The notes beneath the pieces were generated by a model that was given only the letters and a program-made list of their open reading frames with translations, was not told the origin of the DNA and did no database searches. The position numbers and the translations under genes are program-made. From a virus: a DNA stretch of 64,000 nucleotides. The stretch covers positions 1 through 64,000 of the IMG/VR virus record IMGVR_UViG_3300045988_175328. One strand, given 5' to 3'. This document shows positions 1 through 8,389 of the stretch, in pieces (the stretch's first letter is position 1; each line of letters starts with the position of its first letter).

Positions 1-16
1 CTTTTTTTTTTATTAT

Positions 17-499
17 ATGGAGGATATTATGGTTGATTTTAAAGCATATTTACTTAATTATATTGTAAATGCTGACGTAAGTTTCCTTGAGAAGATTAAG
101 TTGTATAATAATGCTGTTAAACTTCGAAATGAAACTTCATTTCTTTATTCGCAGGCTGATATTATCACGCCGATTTACGAAGATTTAGATTCTGTTTCTA
201 AAAGAATGAATCGTGAAGAATTATTGGAGCTTATCACAAAGCTTGTTAACGATAAGAAAACAGCTCCATACGCATGCATTAGCGACGCTAATAATAAAGT
301 TCGAACATTATCGAAAGATGAAACTTTAGAAATAATTAGGAATTCTGTCGATAATATGTTAGAATATTATTTAATAGGAGATGAAACTCTAAATATATTA
401 AAACGATTAGAACTTGTTAAGCTTACTGTTAAGGAATTTGAAGAAGGCAAATTTGAGCCAGTTGATGCAATTAGACGCATTAAATTATTAATTCCATAA
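17..499 (+). CDS. hypothetical protein
   Basis: 160-aa ORF, first of a long co-directional + strand gene series. No recognisable motif. Confidence 0.55.
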   Translation: MEDIMVDFKAYLLNYIVNADVSFLEKIKLYNNAVKLRNETSFLYSQADIITPIYEDLDSVSKRMNREELLELITKLVNDKKTAPYACISDANNKVRTLSKDETLEIIRNSVDNMLEYYLIGDETLNILKRLELVKLTVKEFEEGKFEPVDAIRRIKLLIP

Positions 500-542
500 G
501 TAAAATTTTATTATTTATAAGAAAAGAGGAGATTTCTATCAC

Positions 543-1490
543 ATGGTCCAAAAAGATTTGATTGAACAGATTAAAGTAATCTTGTTCGATTATCGAGAGA
601 ATTTTTTCTATTTCGAGGACAGACTCGAAGATCTAATGAATCTCGATTTAACGAGATTGACATTTGCTGATTTCAGATTAGCATTTATGGAAGGCGTATC
701 AGTTAAAAATAGTCGTACCGAGAAATTGTCACGACTTAATATGATTACACTCGCACGTATTTGGCATTTCATTAACGACCCTCGAAATAAGGGCGTTGTA
801 ATGGCTAATTTTTATCCTTACATCAACATTAATAAGGCTAATGAAATGTACTATGCGCCAGATGGAATTATTAAAACATTGGAGGATTCGGGATTGTTCT
901 CGAAAGCAGAGATGACAAATATTAAGAATTTAAACGAAAGAATTAAAACTATCCGTAAGGATTCACAACGTAAACATATTTCTAAGTCAGAATTTTTTAC
1001 TCGATTCTTCGAGTCTGATGACAATTTACATGTTAAAATTGTAACAATTCCTGTTGTATCTTTTAGTTTTAGTGATTTCTTAGTTATGTTTGAAGAAGCT
1101 AAAAAACTTCCAGTACAACGAGAATATTTTGATATTCCATTATATAATAAAGCTAAGTTATATACAATGCTTCGTACTGAAGGAATTAATATTCGTGAAA
1201 AATCTTCGATTCTATCCGATAGTAAAATTATTCTTCGCAAACAAATCATTGAAGGCGTCGGAATCCCGCACTCTAAAACGTTAAATCGTTTAAAAGAAAG
1301 TGGATTCTTTACAGCTAAAGAGATTGCTTTAATCGAAGGATATAAAGATCATGTAAAAATCGAAGTCTTTGACGATGAAATAGAAGAAAAAGTAGAACCT
1401 GTTACTCCTAAGAAACGAGCTCCTCGTAAACCTAAAGAGAAAGAAACTTTCTTCTCTAAGTTGAAAAAGAAATTGTTAGAATGGTTATAA
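543..1490 (+). CDS. hypothetical protein with basic Lys/Pro-rich C-terminus
   Basis: 315-aa ORF with an AAAGAGGAG RBS upstream (523-531), followed by an intrinsic terminator. Confidence 0.65.
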   Translation: MVQKDLIEQIKVILFDYRENFFYFEDRLEDLMNLDLTRLTFADFRLAFMEGVSVKNSRTEKLSRLNMITLARIWHFINDPRNKGVVMANFYPYININKANEMYYAPDGIIKTLEDSGLFSKAEMTNIKNLNERIKTIRKDSQRKHISKSEFFTRFFESDDNLHVKIVTIPVVSFSFSDFLVMFEEAKKLPVQREYFDIPLYNKAKLYTMLRTEGINIREKSSILSDSKIILRKQIIEGVGIPHSKTLNRLKESGFFTAKEIALIEGYKDHVKIEVFDDEIEEKVEPVTPKKRAPRKPKEKETFFSKLKKKLLEWL

Positions 1491-1495
1491 TAGAT

Positions 1496-1524
1496 ACCCC
1501 GCTAAGTGCGGGGTTATTTTTTTT
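1496..1524 (+). terminator. rho-independent terminator
   Basis: ACCCCGC / GCGGGGT stem with a 5-nt loop, followed by a T-run (TATTTTTTTT). Confidence 0.8.
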
Positions 1525-1533
1525 GAGGTATTT

Positions 1534-2082
1534 ATGATATATGATAAAAATGGTAACAAGATTACGATTCTAGATAAGATGTTCGAAGAGCGAACATTAT
1601 TTATTATCGGCTCTATTACTGATGAAACAGCTAACTATATCGTTCCATCATTATTATTATTTGCAAAACAAAGTAATGATCCTATTAAGTTGTTTATCAA
1701 CAGTCCTGGCGGCGAAATCAATGCTGGTCTTGCTATTTGTAATACAATGGATTTAATTAAAGCACCTATTCATACTTATGGTTATGGAATGTGTGCTAGT
1801 ATGGCAAGCTTTCTTCTTGCTAAAGGAGAGAAAGGTCATCGACATATCTTACAAGATACTGTCGTTATGATTCATCAGCCGTTAGGCGGAGCTCAAGGTC
1901 AGCAAACAGAGATCGAGATTGCTTACCAGCGAATTACGTCGCTTCGCGAACGTCTCGAGAAAGAATATGCTGAGATTACAGGTAAAACTGTCAAAGAGAT
2001 TCATAAAGCATGTGATCGTGACAATTATTTAGTCGGCGAAGATGCTGTTAAGTTTGGTCTTGTCGATACAGTATTAAAATAA
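1534..2082 (+). CDS. clpP: ATP-dependent Clp protease proteolytic subunit ClpP
   Basis: 182 aa. INSPGGEINAGLAI, catalytic Ser context GMCASMASFLL, His context VMIHQPLGG, Asp context CDRDNYL. Confidence 0.9.
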   Translation: MIYDKNGNKITILDKMFEERTLFIIGSITDETANYIVPSLLLFAKQSNDPIKLFINSPGGEINAGLAICNTMDLIKAPIHTYGYGMCASMASFLLAKGEKGHRHILQDTVVMIHQPLGGAQGQQTEIEIAYQRITSLRERLEKEYAEITGKTVKEIHKACDRDNYLVGEDAVKFGLVDTVLK

Positions 2083-2091
2083 GGGGCTTAA

Positions 2092-3120
2092 ATGAAAGAA
2101 AATTTAGAAGACTTACTCGGAGCTATATTTGAGAGCGTTGAAGAATCTGGAATTGAAGCTCCGAAAAAAGAAACGAAACCAAAGAAATCTAAAAAGCTTT
2201 GGATGCCTAAAGATATTAAAACATATCTTGATAAATCTGTTGTTAGTCAAGATTTAGCGAAGAAGCTTCTGTCGGTTGGTGTATGTAACCATGAACGAAT
2301 GCTTCAATTTAATGAATCTCGACAAGAAGATGATCCGATTATCGAGAAAGCAAATATCTTAATGGTTGGAACGACTGGTAGCGGTAAAAGTTTCTTACTT
2401 AAAGAGATCGCTAAAATTCTTGATAAACCAATCGTTATCGTATCTGCATCTGGATTAACTAAAACTGGCTATGTTGGTGAAGACGCAACTTCTATCGTTA
2501 ATCGATTATATGAAGTGGCTGGTCGAGACAAAGAACGTGCAGAACAAGGTATTATTTTTATCGATGAGTTCGATAAAATTTCGGCACAAAAGAATAGCAA
2601 TGGTTATCAAGGACAAGATATTGGCGGCCGCGATGTTCAATATGAATTATTAAAAATCATTGAAGGCACACAAGTACCAATTAAATCTAGTTTCGATATG
2701 CTAACGCCTATGGGTATTCAACCAGCCGAGATGATTGATACAAAAAATATTTTATTTATTTGCGGCGGAGCCTTTACTGGTATCGAGAAAAAAATCGAAA
2801 GTCGTATCCGCGGCACTAATGATATGATTTCCTTTAAACAATCGACAAATCTTGTCGAAGAAAAAGAAATCTATTCATATAATAATGTGATTGAACATAT
2901 TTCGACCGATGATTTTAAAGAATTTGGTATTATACCAGAACTTCTTGGTCGATTACCGATTATTTGTCCGTTACGTAATTTAACGATCGAAGATTTAAAA
3001 GATATTCTAACAAAACCTCAACATGCAACCATGAAACAAATTGAAAAATTGGCGTCGATGTACAATGTTAAGTTAGAATATGAAGACGAGTCAATTGAAT
3101 TAATTGCTAAGATAGCTTAT
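2092..3120 (+). CDS. clpX: ClpX-like AAA+ unfoldase, exon 1 (no zinc-binding N-domain)
   Basis: Walker A GTTGSGKS, Walker B IIFIDEFDKI, ELLGRLP motif. The frame hits TGA at 3121, just where ClpX proteins continue into the ...TGARGLRS sensor-2 region. That region is found at 4912 onward. Confidence 0.85.
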
Positions 3121-3611
3121 TGAAATGTCAAAATAATACTTACGATTTTAATCGCGAGATTTATTTTGGCAAACTAGTAAGGATGTTGGGAAACTAGCAT
3201 CTAGTGGCGGATTAAATCCGTCCAACGAAGACACTGAATTGCTGGAAACTCCTAAAGCTCAGAGTGCCAAGCCCCATAAAGGGTTAGGCTACGAAAGTAG
3301 AAACAAACTTTGAGATGGTATATGGTTAAATCCTAAGTACTCTAACAATGGACAATCAGCAGCGAAGCCGGTAGAACTATTTACTAGTACCGGAACGTTC
3401 AACGACTATTCCTCGTGAGGGAAGTACACTACAAGTAATTGGTAGTGGAAGTGGTGTCGCCTAAGTAGTATAGATTTATACTATATGGATAAGATATAGT
3501 CTGTGCCTTGGTGAAAGTCAAGGGTGCGGGTAGTGCCGCCGGTTAGAAAGTAGCGTTTCTAACTGAACGATCATCCTCTCGAATCGTCTTAAACGGTTCT
3601 ATATACTATAC
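3121..3611 (+). ncRNA. group I intron ribozyme core (5' part of the clpX element)
   Basis: P-like AATTGCTGGAAACT 3237-3250, Q-like CAATCAGCAGCG 3353-3364, R-like GTTCAACGACTAT 3397-3409, S-like AAGATATAGTC 3491-3501. These resemble the classical Tetrahymena and phage group I consensus elements. Confidence 0.8.
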
Positions 3612-3770
3612 AAAAACAGCCTACTTTGCTATAATAGTTTTATAAAAACTATTTAGGAAAGGAGGTTTGTCTCAATGATAAGAGCTATTAAACTAAGAGC
3701 TTATTTTACAAAGCATCAAGAAGAGCTAGTTGATAAAAATTTCAACTGTGTATGATTTATCTTTAACTAT

Positions 3771-4766
3771 ATGCTAGATTTAAAATCTAAGCTCTATAAA
3801 AGAACTGGTAAAAATCTTAGTTATAACGAAGCTTGTGCTATTTTAACTAAGCTTAAGTCTAGAAGACCTTGGCTAAAAGAAGATGATGCAGTTGCATTGC
3901 AACAAGTTATCAGAGATTTATTCAGTTCTTATGAAAGATTTTTTAATGGGGCTGGATACCCTAAGTTTAAAAGCTCTCGAGACAAACAATCCTATCGTAC
4001 TAATGTATATTCTTTAGATATTGAGAATAGTACAATTAAAATTCCTAAAGTAGGAGTTGTGAAATTTCGTGACAAATACAAATTTGAAGGTTTAATTCGA
4101 GTTCGAAATGTCACGATTTCAAGATCTAAATCTGGTAAATATTTTGCATCAGTCTGTATCGAAGTAGAAACCACACCTCTTGCGAAAACCAAGAAGAGTT
4201 GTGGTATCGATCTCGGGATAAAAGATTTATGCATATTATCAGATGGAACTAAGTTTGAGAATCCTAGATTTAGAACTTTGCCAGCTGCTAAACGTAGATT
4301 AAGATTTTTGCACAAAGCTTTGTCGCGTAAGGAGAAAGGATCTAAAAGCTGGGAAAGAGCTAGAATCAGACTCGCTAGAGAGTATGAACGTCTAGCTAAC
4401 ATACACTTAGATTATCTTCACAAGCTGACTACTTGGATCATTCAGAATTATGATTTTATATCAGTTGAAACCTTAAAGGTTAAGAACATGCTGAAGAATC
4501 GTAAATTAGCAAGAGCTATTAGCGATGCTGGTTGGTTTGAACTAGTTCGACAATTAGAGTATAAAGCAAATTGGTATGGCAAGCAGTTTGTTAAGATAAG
4601 TACATTTTACGCTTCTAGTCAAATCTGCTCTAGCTGTGGAGATAGAAATTCAGCCGTGAAAAAACTTTCTATTCGCGAATGGGAATGTCCTAGTTGCGGA
4701 GCTTATCATGATCGTGATTTGAACGCAGCGATTAACATTCTGAACGAAGGATTAAAACAAATATAA
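3771..4766 (+). CDS. tnpB: TnpB-like RNA-guided endonuclease (RuvC + zinc ribbon); N-terminus disturbed by an in-frame TGA
   Basis: Ruv[11 protein letters not shown], Ruv[14 protein letters not shown], zinc ribbon CSSCG...CPSCG, Ruv[16 protein letters not shown] stronger start (ATG 3675 behind AAAGGAGG) encodes MIRAIKLRAYFTKHQEELVDKNFNCV in the same frame, but is cut off by TGA at 3753-3755. Confidence 0.85.
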   Translation: MLDLKSKLYKRTGKNLSYNEACAILTKLKSRRPWLKEDDAVALQQVIRDLFSSYERFFNGAGYPKFKSSRDKQSYRTNVYSLDIENSTIKIPKVGVVKFRDKYKFEGLIRVRNVTISRSKSGKYFASVCIEVETTPLAKTKKSCGIDLGIKDLCILSDGTKFENPRFRTLPAAKRRLRFLHKALSRKEKGSKSWERARIRLAREYERLANIHLDYLHKLTTWIIQNYDFISVETLKVKNMLKNRKLARAISDAGWFELVRQLEYKANWYGKQFVKISTFYASSQICSSCGDRNSAVKKLSIREWECPSCGAYHDRDLNAAINILNEGLKQI

Positions 4767-4911
4767 ATTTTGTACAGTATATAGAACCGCAGGACATGCG
4801 GGGATAGCCCATGGTATCTGATTTGTCAATGGAAATTGAAACTATGAAGGAGTAAATTCTAAACAATCTTGAATGGGAACCTCGTCACTTATTAGTGAGG
4901 GAGGATGTCAG
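4767..4911 (+). ncRNA. candidate TnpB omega RNA scaffold / right end; also the 3' terminal part of the intron
   Basis: Non-coding tail after tnpB with hairpins CCGCA-GGACA-TGCGG and CCTCgTCACT-TATT-AGTGAgGAGG, ending exactly at the 3' splice site. The 5' limit is uncertain and may lie inside the tnpB 3' end, as in known TnpB omega RNAs. Confidence 0.45.
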
Positions 4912-5082
4912 AATAGGGGTACCGGTGCTCGTGGATTACGAAGTATTGTAAGCTCTATTTTTGACCGAAAAGTCTTCGATATTAATAGCAGAACTAAAGT
5001 CGTTAAAATCACGAAACAGGATATTTTAGAATTATATGCGAAACAATTGGAGGACAGAGACAATGAAACAACAATCATTTGA
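4912..5082 (+). CDS. clpX: ClpX-like unfoldase, exon 2 (sensor-2 / C-terminal helices)
   Basis: NRGTGARGLRSIVSSIFDRKVFDI matches the conserved ClpX TGARGLRSI region. The frame is open only from 4873 and has no independent RBS. Confidence 0.8.
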   Translation, partial: NRGTGARGLRSIVSSIFDRKVFDINSRTKVVKITKQDILELYAKQLEDRDNETTII

Positions 5083-5869
5083 GTTAATCCACCGATATCT
5101 TAATCAATTAGAATCAGCTGAAACTATTACGCCAGAAGATATTGGCGCTATTTCAACGATTCTAGCAATTGAAAAAGAATACGGTGAGTTAACTGAATCT
5201 AAACCAAAACGGAAAACGAAAAAGAAAACTGAAACCGTAAAAGAAGTTGTCGAAGAAATTAAGGAAGAGCTTCCGAAAGAAGAAGAGAAAACTCAAGAAG
5301 TTCCTCAAGAAGAAATAACTCTAGAAGAAGTAAAAGAAGAGACTTCTGTTCAAGGACCAGAATCTATCGATACTCCTACTGAAGTTGAAGAATCTAAGGT
5401 TGAAGAGGTTCCGGCTGAAGAACCTACGAATTTCGATAACTTAACGAAAGATCCAGAAGAAACATTAACTCGTTTTAATGAAGATTATTTTGTTTCTAAA
5501 TACAAAAAAAATACGAAACGAGAAGATTTAACCGACGAGGAATTTGAAGAAGTTAAATTCTTAGCCGAAACCTTAAAACGTTATGCGAGCGAAGGCTCAG
5601 ATAACGTTAAAGAAATCAAGCAAGCTTTCGAAGAAATCCTCGAAGATGAAGATAAAGGTAAAGTAACTTTAAAAGAGATTACTCCATACTATCTTGAACA
5701 TCTTGTTAAGTACATTACAGTTAAGCAAAGTCTTAATAAATTTAAAGAAGAAGACATTGTTGCCACTTTAAAAGATATTTCTGGCGGCATGTTAAATTCT
5801 ATTACTGACCTTAATAGATATAATATTGAGGCAGTATCTAATATCTTAGAAGGAACTCTTAAAAATTAA
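5063..5869 (+). CDS. hypothetical acidic (Glu-rich) protein
   Basis: ORF with TTGGAGGA RBS before ATG 5063 (the track start 5036 is less likely). Long E/K/T-rich low-complexity centre. Confidence 0.6.
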   Translation: MKQQSFELIHRYLNQLESAETITPEDIGAISTILAIEKEYGELTESKPKRKTKKKTETVKEVVEEIKEELPKEEEKTQEVPQEEITLEEVKEETSVQGPESIDTPTEVEESKVEEVPAEEPTNFDNLTKDPEETLTRFNEDYFVSKYKKNTKREDLTDEEFEEVKFLAETLKRYASEGSDNVKEIKQAFEEILEDEDKGKVTLKEITPYYLEHLVKYITVKQSLNKFKEEDIVATLKDISGGMLNSITDLNRYNIEAVSNILEGTLKN

Positions 5870-5924
5870 GAGCCTTTTATACAATTATTAAATTTTTATT
5901 TTTTACAAAAAGGAGACATTTATT

Positions 5925-6341
5925 ATGTTAAACAAAGTTATTTTCCACGGCAAAATGCCATTATCTGAAAAATTCGTTATCGACTATCGCCCAGGCGAAG
6001 AAGGCGGCAAACGTTCTATGTTCCGCGCAGCTATCGACGTACAACGCGATTATAAAGCGAAAGACGAAAAATATTATCCATCCGATATTTTTAATTTTAC
6101 AGCTTGGGGCCCAACAGCAGATTTCTTACATAAACATGCTGGTCCTGGTACTGAACTTGTATTATGTTGCCGAGCAACTAACGATACATATGAAAAAGAT
6201 GGCAAAATGGTTCGTTCTGTAGGATTTACAGTAGAAACTGCCGATATCGTATGGGCTACTGCTAAATCTGACGGTGAACAACCAGCAGCAGGAGCTAAAG
6301 CAACTGAAGCTACAGGCGATGATTTCGATTTAGGCATCTAA
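5925..6341 (+). CDS. ssb: single-stranded DNA-binding protein (OB fold, acidic C-terminal tip)
   Basis: MLNKVIFHGKM start, FNFTAWGPTADFL and VGFTVETADIVW resemble bacterial SSB strands. Gly/Ala-rich tail ends in DDFDLGI. AAAGGAGA RBS. Confidence 0.7.
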   Translation: MLNKVIFHGKMPLSEKFVIDYRPGEEGGKRSMFRAAIDVQRDYKAKDEKYYPSDIFNFTAWGPTADFLHKHAGPGTELVLCCRATNDTYEKDGKMVRSVGFTVETADIVWATAKSDGEQPAAGAKATEATGDDFDLGI

Positions 6342-6350
6342 ATAAGGATT

Positions 6351-6390
6351 TTGGTACCGGCAGAAATGTCGGTACCAAATTTACTTTTTG
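6351..6390 (+). terminator. rho-independent terminator
   Basis: TTGGTACCG / CGGTACCAA 9-bp stem followed by a T-rich tract. Confidence 0.75.
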
Positions 6391-6567
6391 CTGAAAAAAT
6401 GTTAAACTTAATATGACAGATTTTTTAAGAAAGGAGGAACTCCGATCGACTACGTTGAGAATATTGACTCACAGATAGCCGCCTTTGAAAAAGATTTCAA
6501 AGAAGAAGAAAGTCTTGAGTCTGATCTAAAAGATATAGCAGAATATACTGCTAAAAAGATTATTACA

Positions 6568-6837
6568 ATGAAACCCGACGAGATGTTTAAGCTCGATTAT
6601 GACGATAAAATCTTTGGATTTTTATTTAATAAACGAGACGCACATTCGTATCGAGTTATCATGGTAGTAGCTTCAAAAATTCTCATCGCTAAGCCGCGTC
6701 GGTTTTCTGCTATCGTAGAAACAGATCATAAATTAAGTTTAGAAGAAACAATTCGTTTTCAGATTAAAGCACTTCTATACAATTATTATGACTTATACGA
6801 TGAAGAAAACGGCGTTGCCTATGACGATGAGGAATAA
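6568..6837 (+). CDS. hypothetical protein (true start possibly upstream)
   Basis: 89-aa ORF. The frame is open from 6430 behind a strong AAAGGAGG, but no ATG/GTG/TTG lies in frame there. Confidence 0.5.
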   Translation: MKPDEMFKLDYDDKIFGFLFNKRDAHSYRVIMVVASKILIAKPRRFSAIVETDHKLSLEETIRFQIKALLYNYYDLYDEENGVAYDDEE

Positions 6838-6872
6838 GATTGTATTTAATAATTCAGAACTAGGTGTAACAA

Positions 6873-7769
6873 ATGGCCGTAAGAGAACAAAATCCAGACG
6901 AGAAATATTTAGCGCTTGTTAGTGCTGTATTAAATTTTGGCAACTTAACGCATAACCGTACAGGTATTGATACCTATAGCAAGAATCATCAAATTTTAAC
7001 ATTTGATTTAGAAGATAAGTTTCCAATTCTAACATCTAAATTTGTTGGATTTAAAACAGCTCTTAAAGAATTGTTTTGGATATGGCAAGAGCAATCAAAT
7101 AACGTAGAAGTTCTACGTAATAAGTATGGCGTAACGATATGGGATGAATGGGAACTTCCCGATCATACCATTGGAAAAGCCTATGGATATCAGCTAAGTA
7201 AACTATATAAATACAAAAATGTCGACTTAGATAAAGTAATTGAATTATATCGTCAAAATAAAATTAAAAGTTTTATCGATAATGGCGACACAGTTTCTAT
7301 GACACAAGTCGATAAATTAATTTACGACTTATCTTTTAATCAAGAAAGTCGTCGTATGGTAGTTTCTCTATGGAATGTTGAGGACTTACATGAAATGTCA
7401 CTTGAACCCTGTGCATTCCAAACGTTATGGTCTGTCAGAGAAAAACGACTAGACTGTATGTTAATCATTCGTAGTAATGATTTAGGACTTGGATGTCCAT
7501 ATAATATGTGCCAATATGCAGCATTAGTTCATATGCTGGCACATGTATCAAACTTACAACCTGGATTTCTAACTATTGCAATTAATAATGCACACGTGTA
7601 TGTAAATCATATCGATGCATTAAAACAACAACTTAGTAATGAAATCCATTATTCTCCTAGATTAATAATTGATCCAAATGTTAAATCTTTCTATGAGTTT
7701 AATACCGATAACATTCAACTTGAAGGATATAAGCATTCTGGTAAGATAGAAATGGAAGTAGCAATATAA
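6873..7769 (+). CDS. thyA: thymidylate synthase family protein (ThyA or related dNMP hydroxymethylase)
   Basis: HNRTGIDTYS, catalytic Cys context LEPCAFQTLW, RSNDLGLGCPYNMCQYAALVHMLA. All are ThyA-fold signatures. Confidence 0.75.
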   Translation: MAVREQNPDEKYLALVSAVLNFGNLTHNRTGIDTYSKNHQILTFDLEDKFPILTSKFVGFKTALKELFWIWQEQSNNVEVLRNKYGVTIWDEWELPDHTIGKAYGYQLSKLYKYKNVDLDKVIELYRQNKIKSFIDNGDTVSMTQVDKLIYDLSFNQESRRMVVSLWNVEDLHEMSLEPCAFQTLWSVREKRLDCMLIIRSNDLGLGCPYNMCQYAALVHMLAHVSNLQPGFLTIAINNAHVYVNHIDALKQQLSNEIHYSPRLIIDPNVKSFYEFNTDNIQLEGYKHSGKIEMEVAI

Positions 7770-8350
7770 TGAATAACGAATTTAATATTTCAGGCATTTT
7801 AAGAGATGTTAAAGTAAATCATGAACAACAAAATGGAGTAGTTATCTATTCTGGTGTTGTTGATTCTAAAATCAGAGGCAAGGAATATCATATTCCAGTG
7901 CGTTTCCAAGAGAACGTAAAAGAGATTTACAAACTTAAAGAAGGTTTAAAAGTAAATCTTACAGGAGAATTACGAACTCAAAAGAAAAAAGAAGATAAAC
8001 ATTTATCTTTAGTTCCGTATTTTTATGTAATGCAATCTCGTCCACATAAAACAGACTATAATTATGGTCGTTTAGTCGGTAAAGTATGTAAACGCTTCCC
8101 AGTCATCAAACGCAAAGACCATAATATCTGTTCTTTAATTGTGGCAGTACAGCGTCATAACTCAGAACAGTATGATTATATTCCAGTTGTAGGTCATAAC
8201 CTTACAGCTAATTTATTTTCGACATTAAGTATCGGTTCTACAATTGTAGTTAGCGGTACTTTTAAACAACGTAAGTATCACGAGAAAAAAACTGGTGATA
8301 CTAAATATACATACGAAGTTAATGTCGATAAGTTTAGTATTAAACTGTAA
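7769..8350 (+). CDS. hypothetical protein
   Basis: 193-aa ORF, start overlapping the upstream stop (ATAATG). Confidence 0.55.
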   Translation: MNNEFNISGILRDVKVNHEQQNGVVIYSGVVDSKIRGKEYHIPVRFQENVKEIYKLKEGLKVNLTGELRTQKKKEDKHLSLVPYFYVMQSRPHKTDYNYGRLVGKVCKRFPVIKRKDHNICSLIVAVQRHNSEQYDYIPVVGHNLTANLFSTLSIGSTIVVSGTFKQRKYHEKKTGDTKYTYEVNVDKFSIKL

Positions 8351-8356
8351 GTTAAT

Positions 8357-8385
8357 AGCCCTTCCTGATGGAGGGCTTTAATTTT
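8357..8385 (+). terminator. rho-independent terminator
   Basis: AGCCCTTCC / GGAGGGCT stem with a TGAT loop, then TTTAATTTT. Confidence 0.65.
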
Positions 8386-8389
8386 AACT

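Larger units (their letters stand above)
3121..4911 (+). mobile_element. IStron-like element: group I intron core fused to a TnpB (IS200/IS605-family) module, interrupting clpX
   Basis: Joining 3120 to 4912 gives ...ELIAKIAY|NRGTGARGLRSIV..., the same spacing as IAKKAMARKTGARGLRS in E. coli ClpX. The last exon base is U (3120) and the last intron base is G (4911). The 5' part has the group I P/Q/R/S elements and the 3' part encodes TnpB. Confidence 0.8.

Noticed and set aside
3607-3635. Internal promoter for tnpB (TATACA...TGcTATAAT, with TATAAT at 3630-3635) followed by an 8-bp hairpin ATAGTTTT/AAAACTAT.
   Set aside because: The extended -10 is good but the -35 is weak. Such matches are frequent in AT-rich DNA, and the hairpin could equally be an IS left-end structure. 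It is left as an unlisted possibility.
3753-3755. Idea that the in-frame TGA in tnpB reflects TGA=Trp recoding (genetic code 4) of the phage or host.
   Set aside because: Trp is encoded by TGG throughout the long ORFs, and TGA ends well-supported genes (dut 45502-45504, 41002-41379, 15318-15887). A point nonsense change at an Arg-type position is more likely.
6430-6567. Possible 5' extension of ORF 6568-6837 using the strong AAAGGAGG at 6429-6437.
   Set aside because: The only in-frame codon at suitable spacing is ATC (6445), with no ATG/GTG/TTG. A non-canonical start cannot be asserted without data.
6873-7769. Speculation that the ThyA-family enzyme is a dUMP/dCMP hydroxymethylase, implying modified DNA bases.
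   Set aside because: The motifs seen are shared by thymidylate synthases and hydroxymethylases. They cannot be discriminated by eye, and no accompanying modification genes were recognised.
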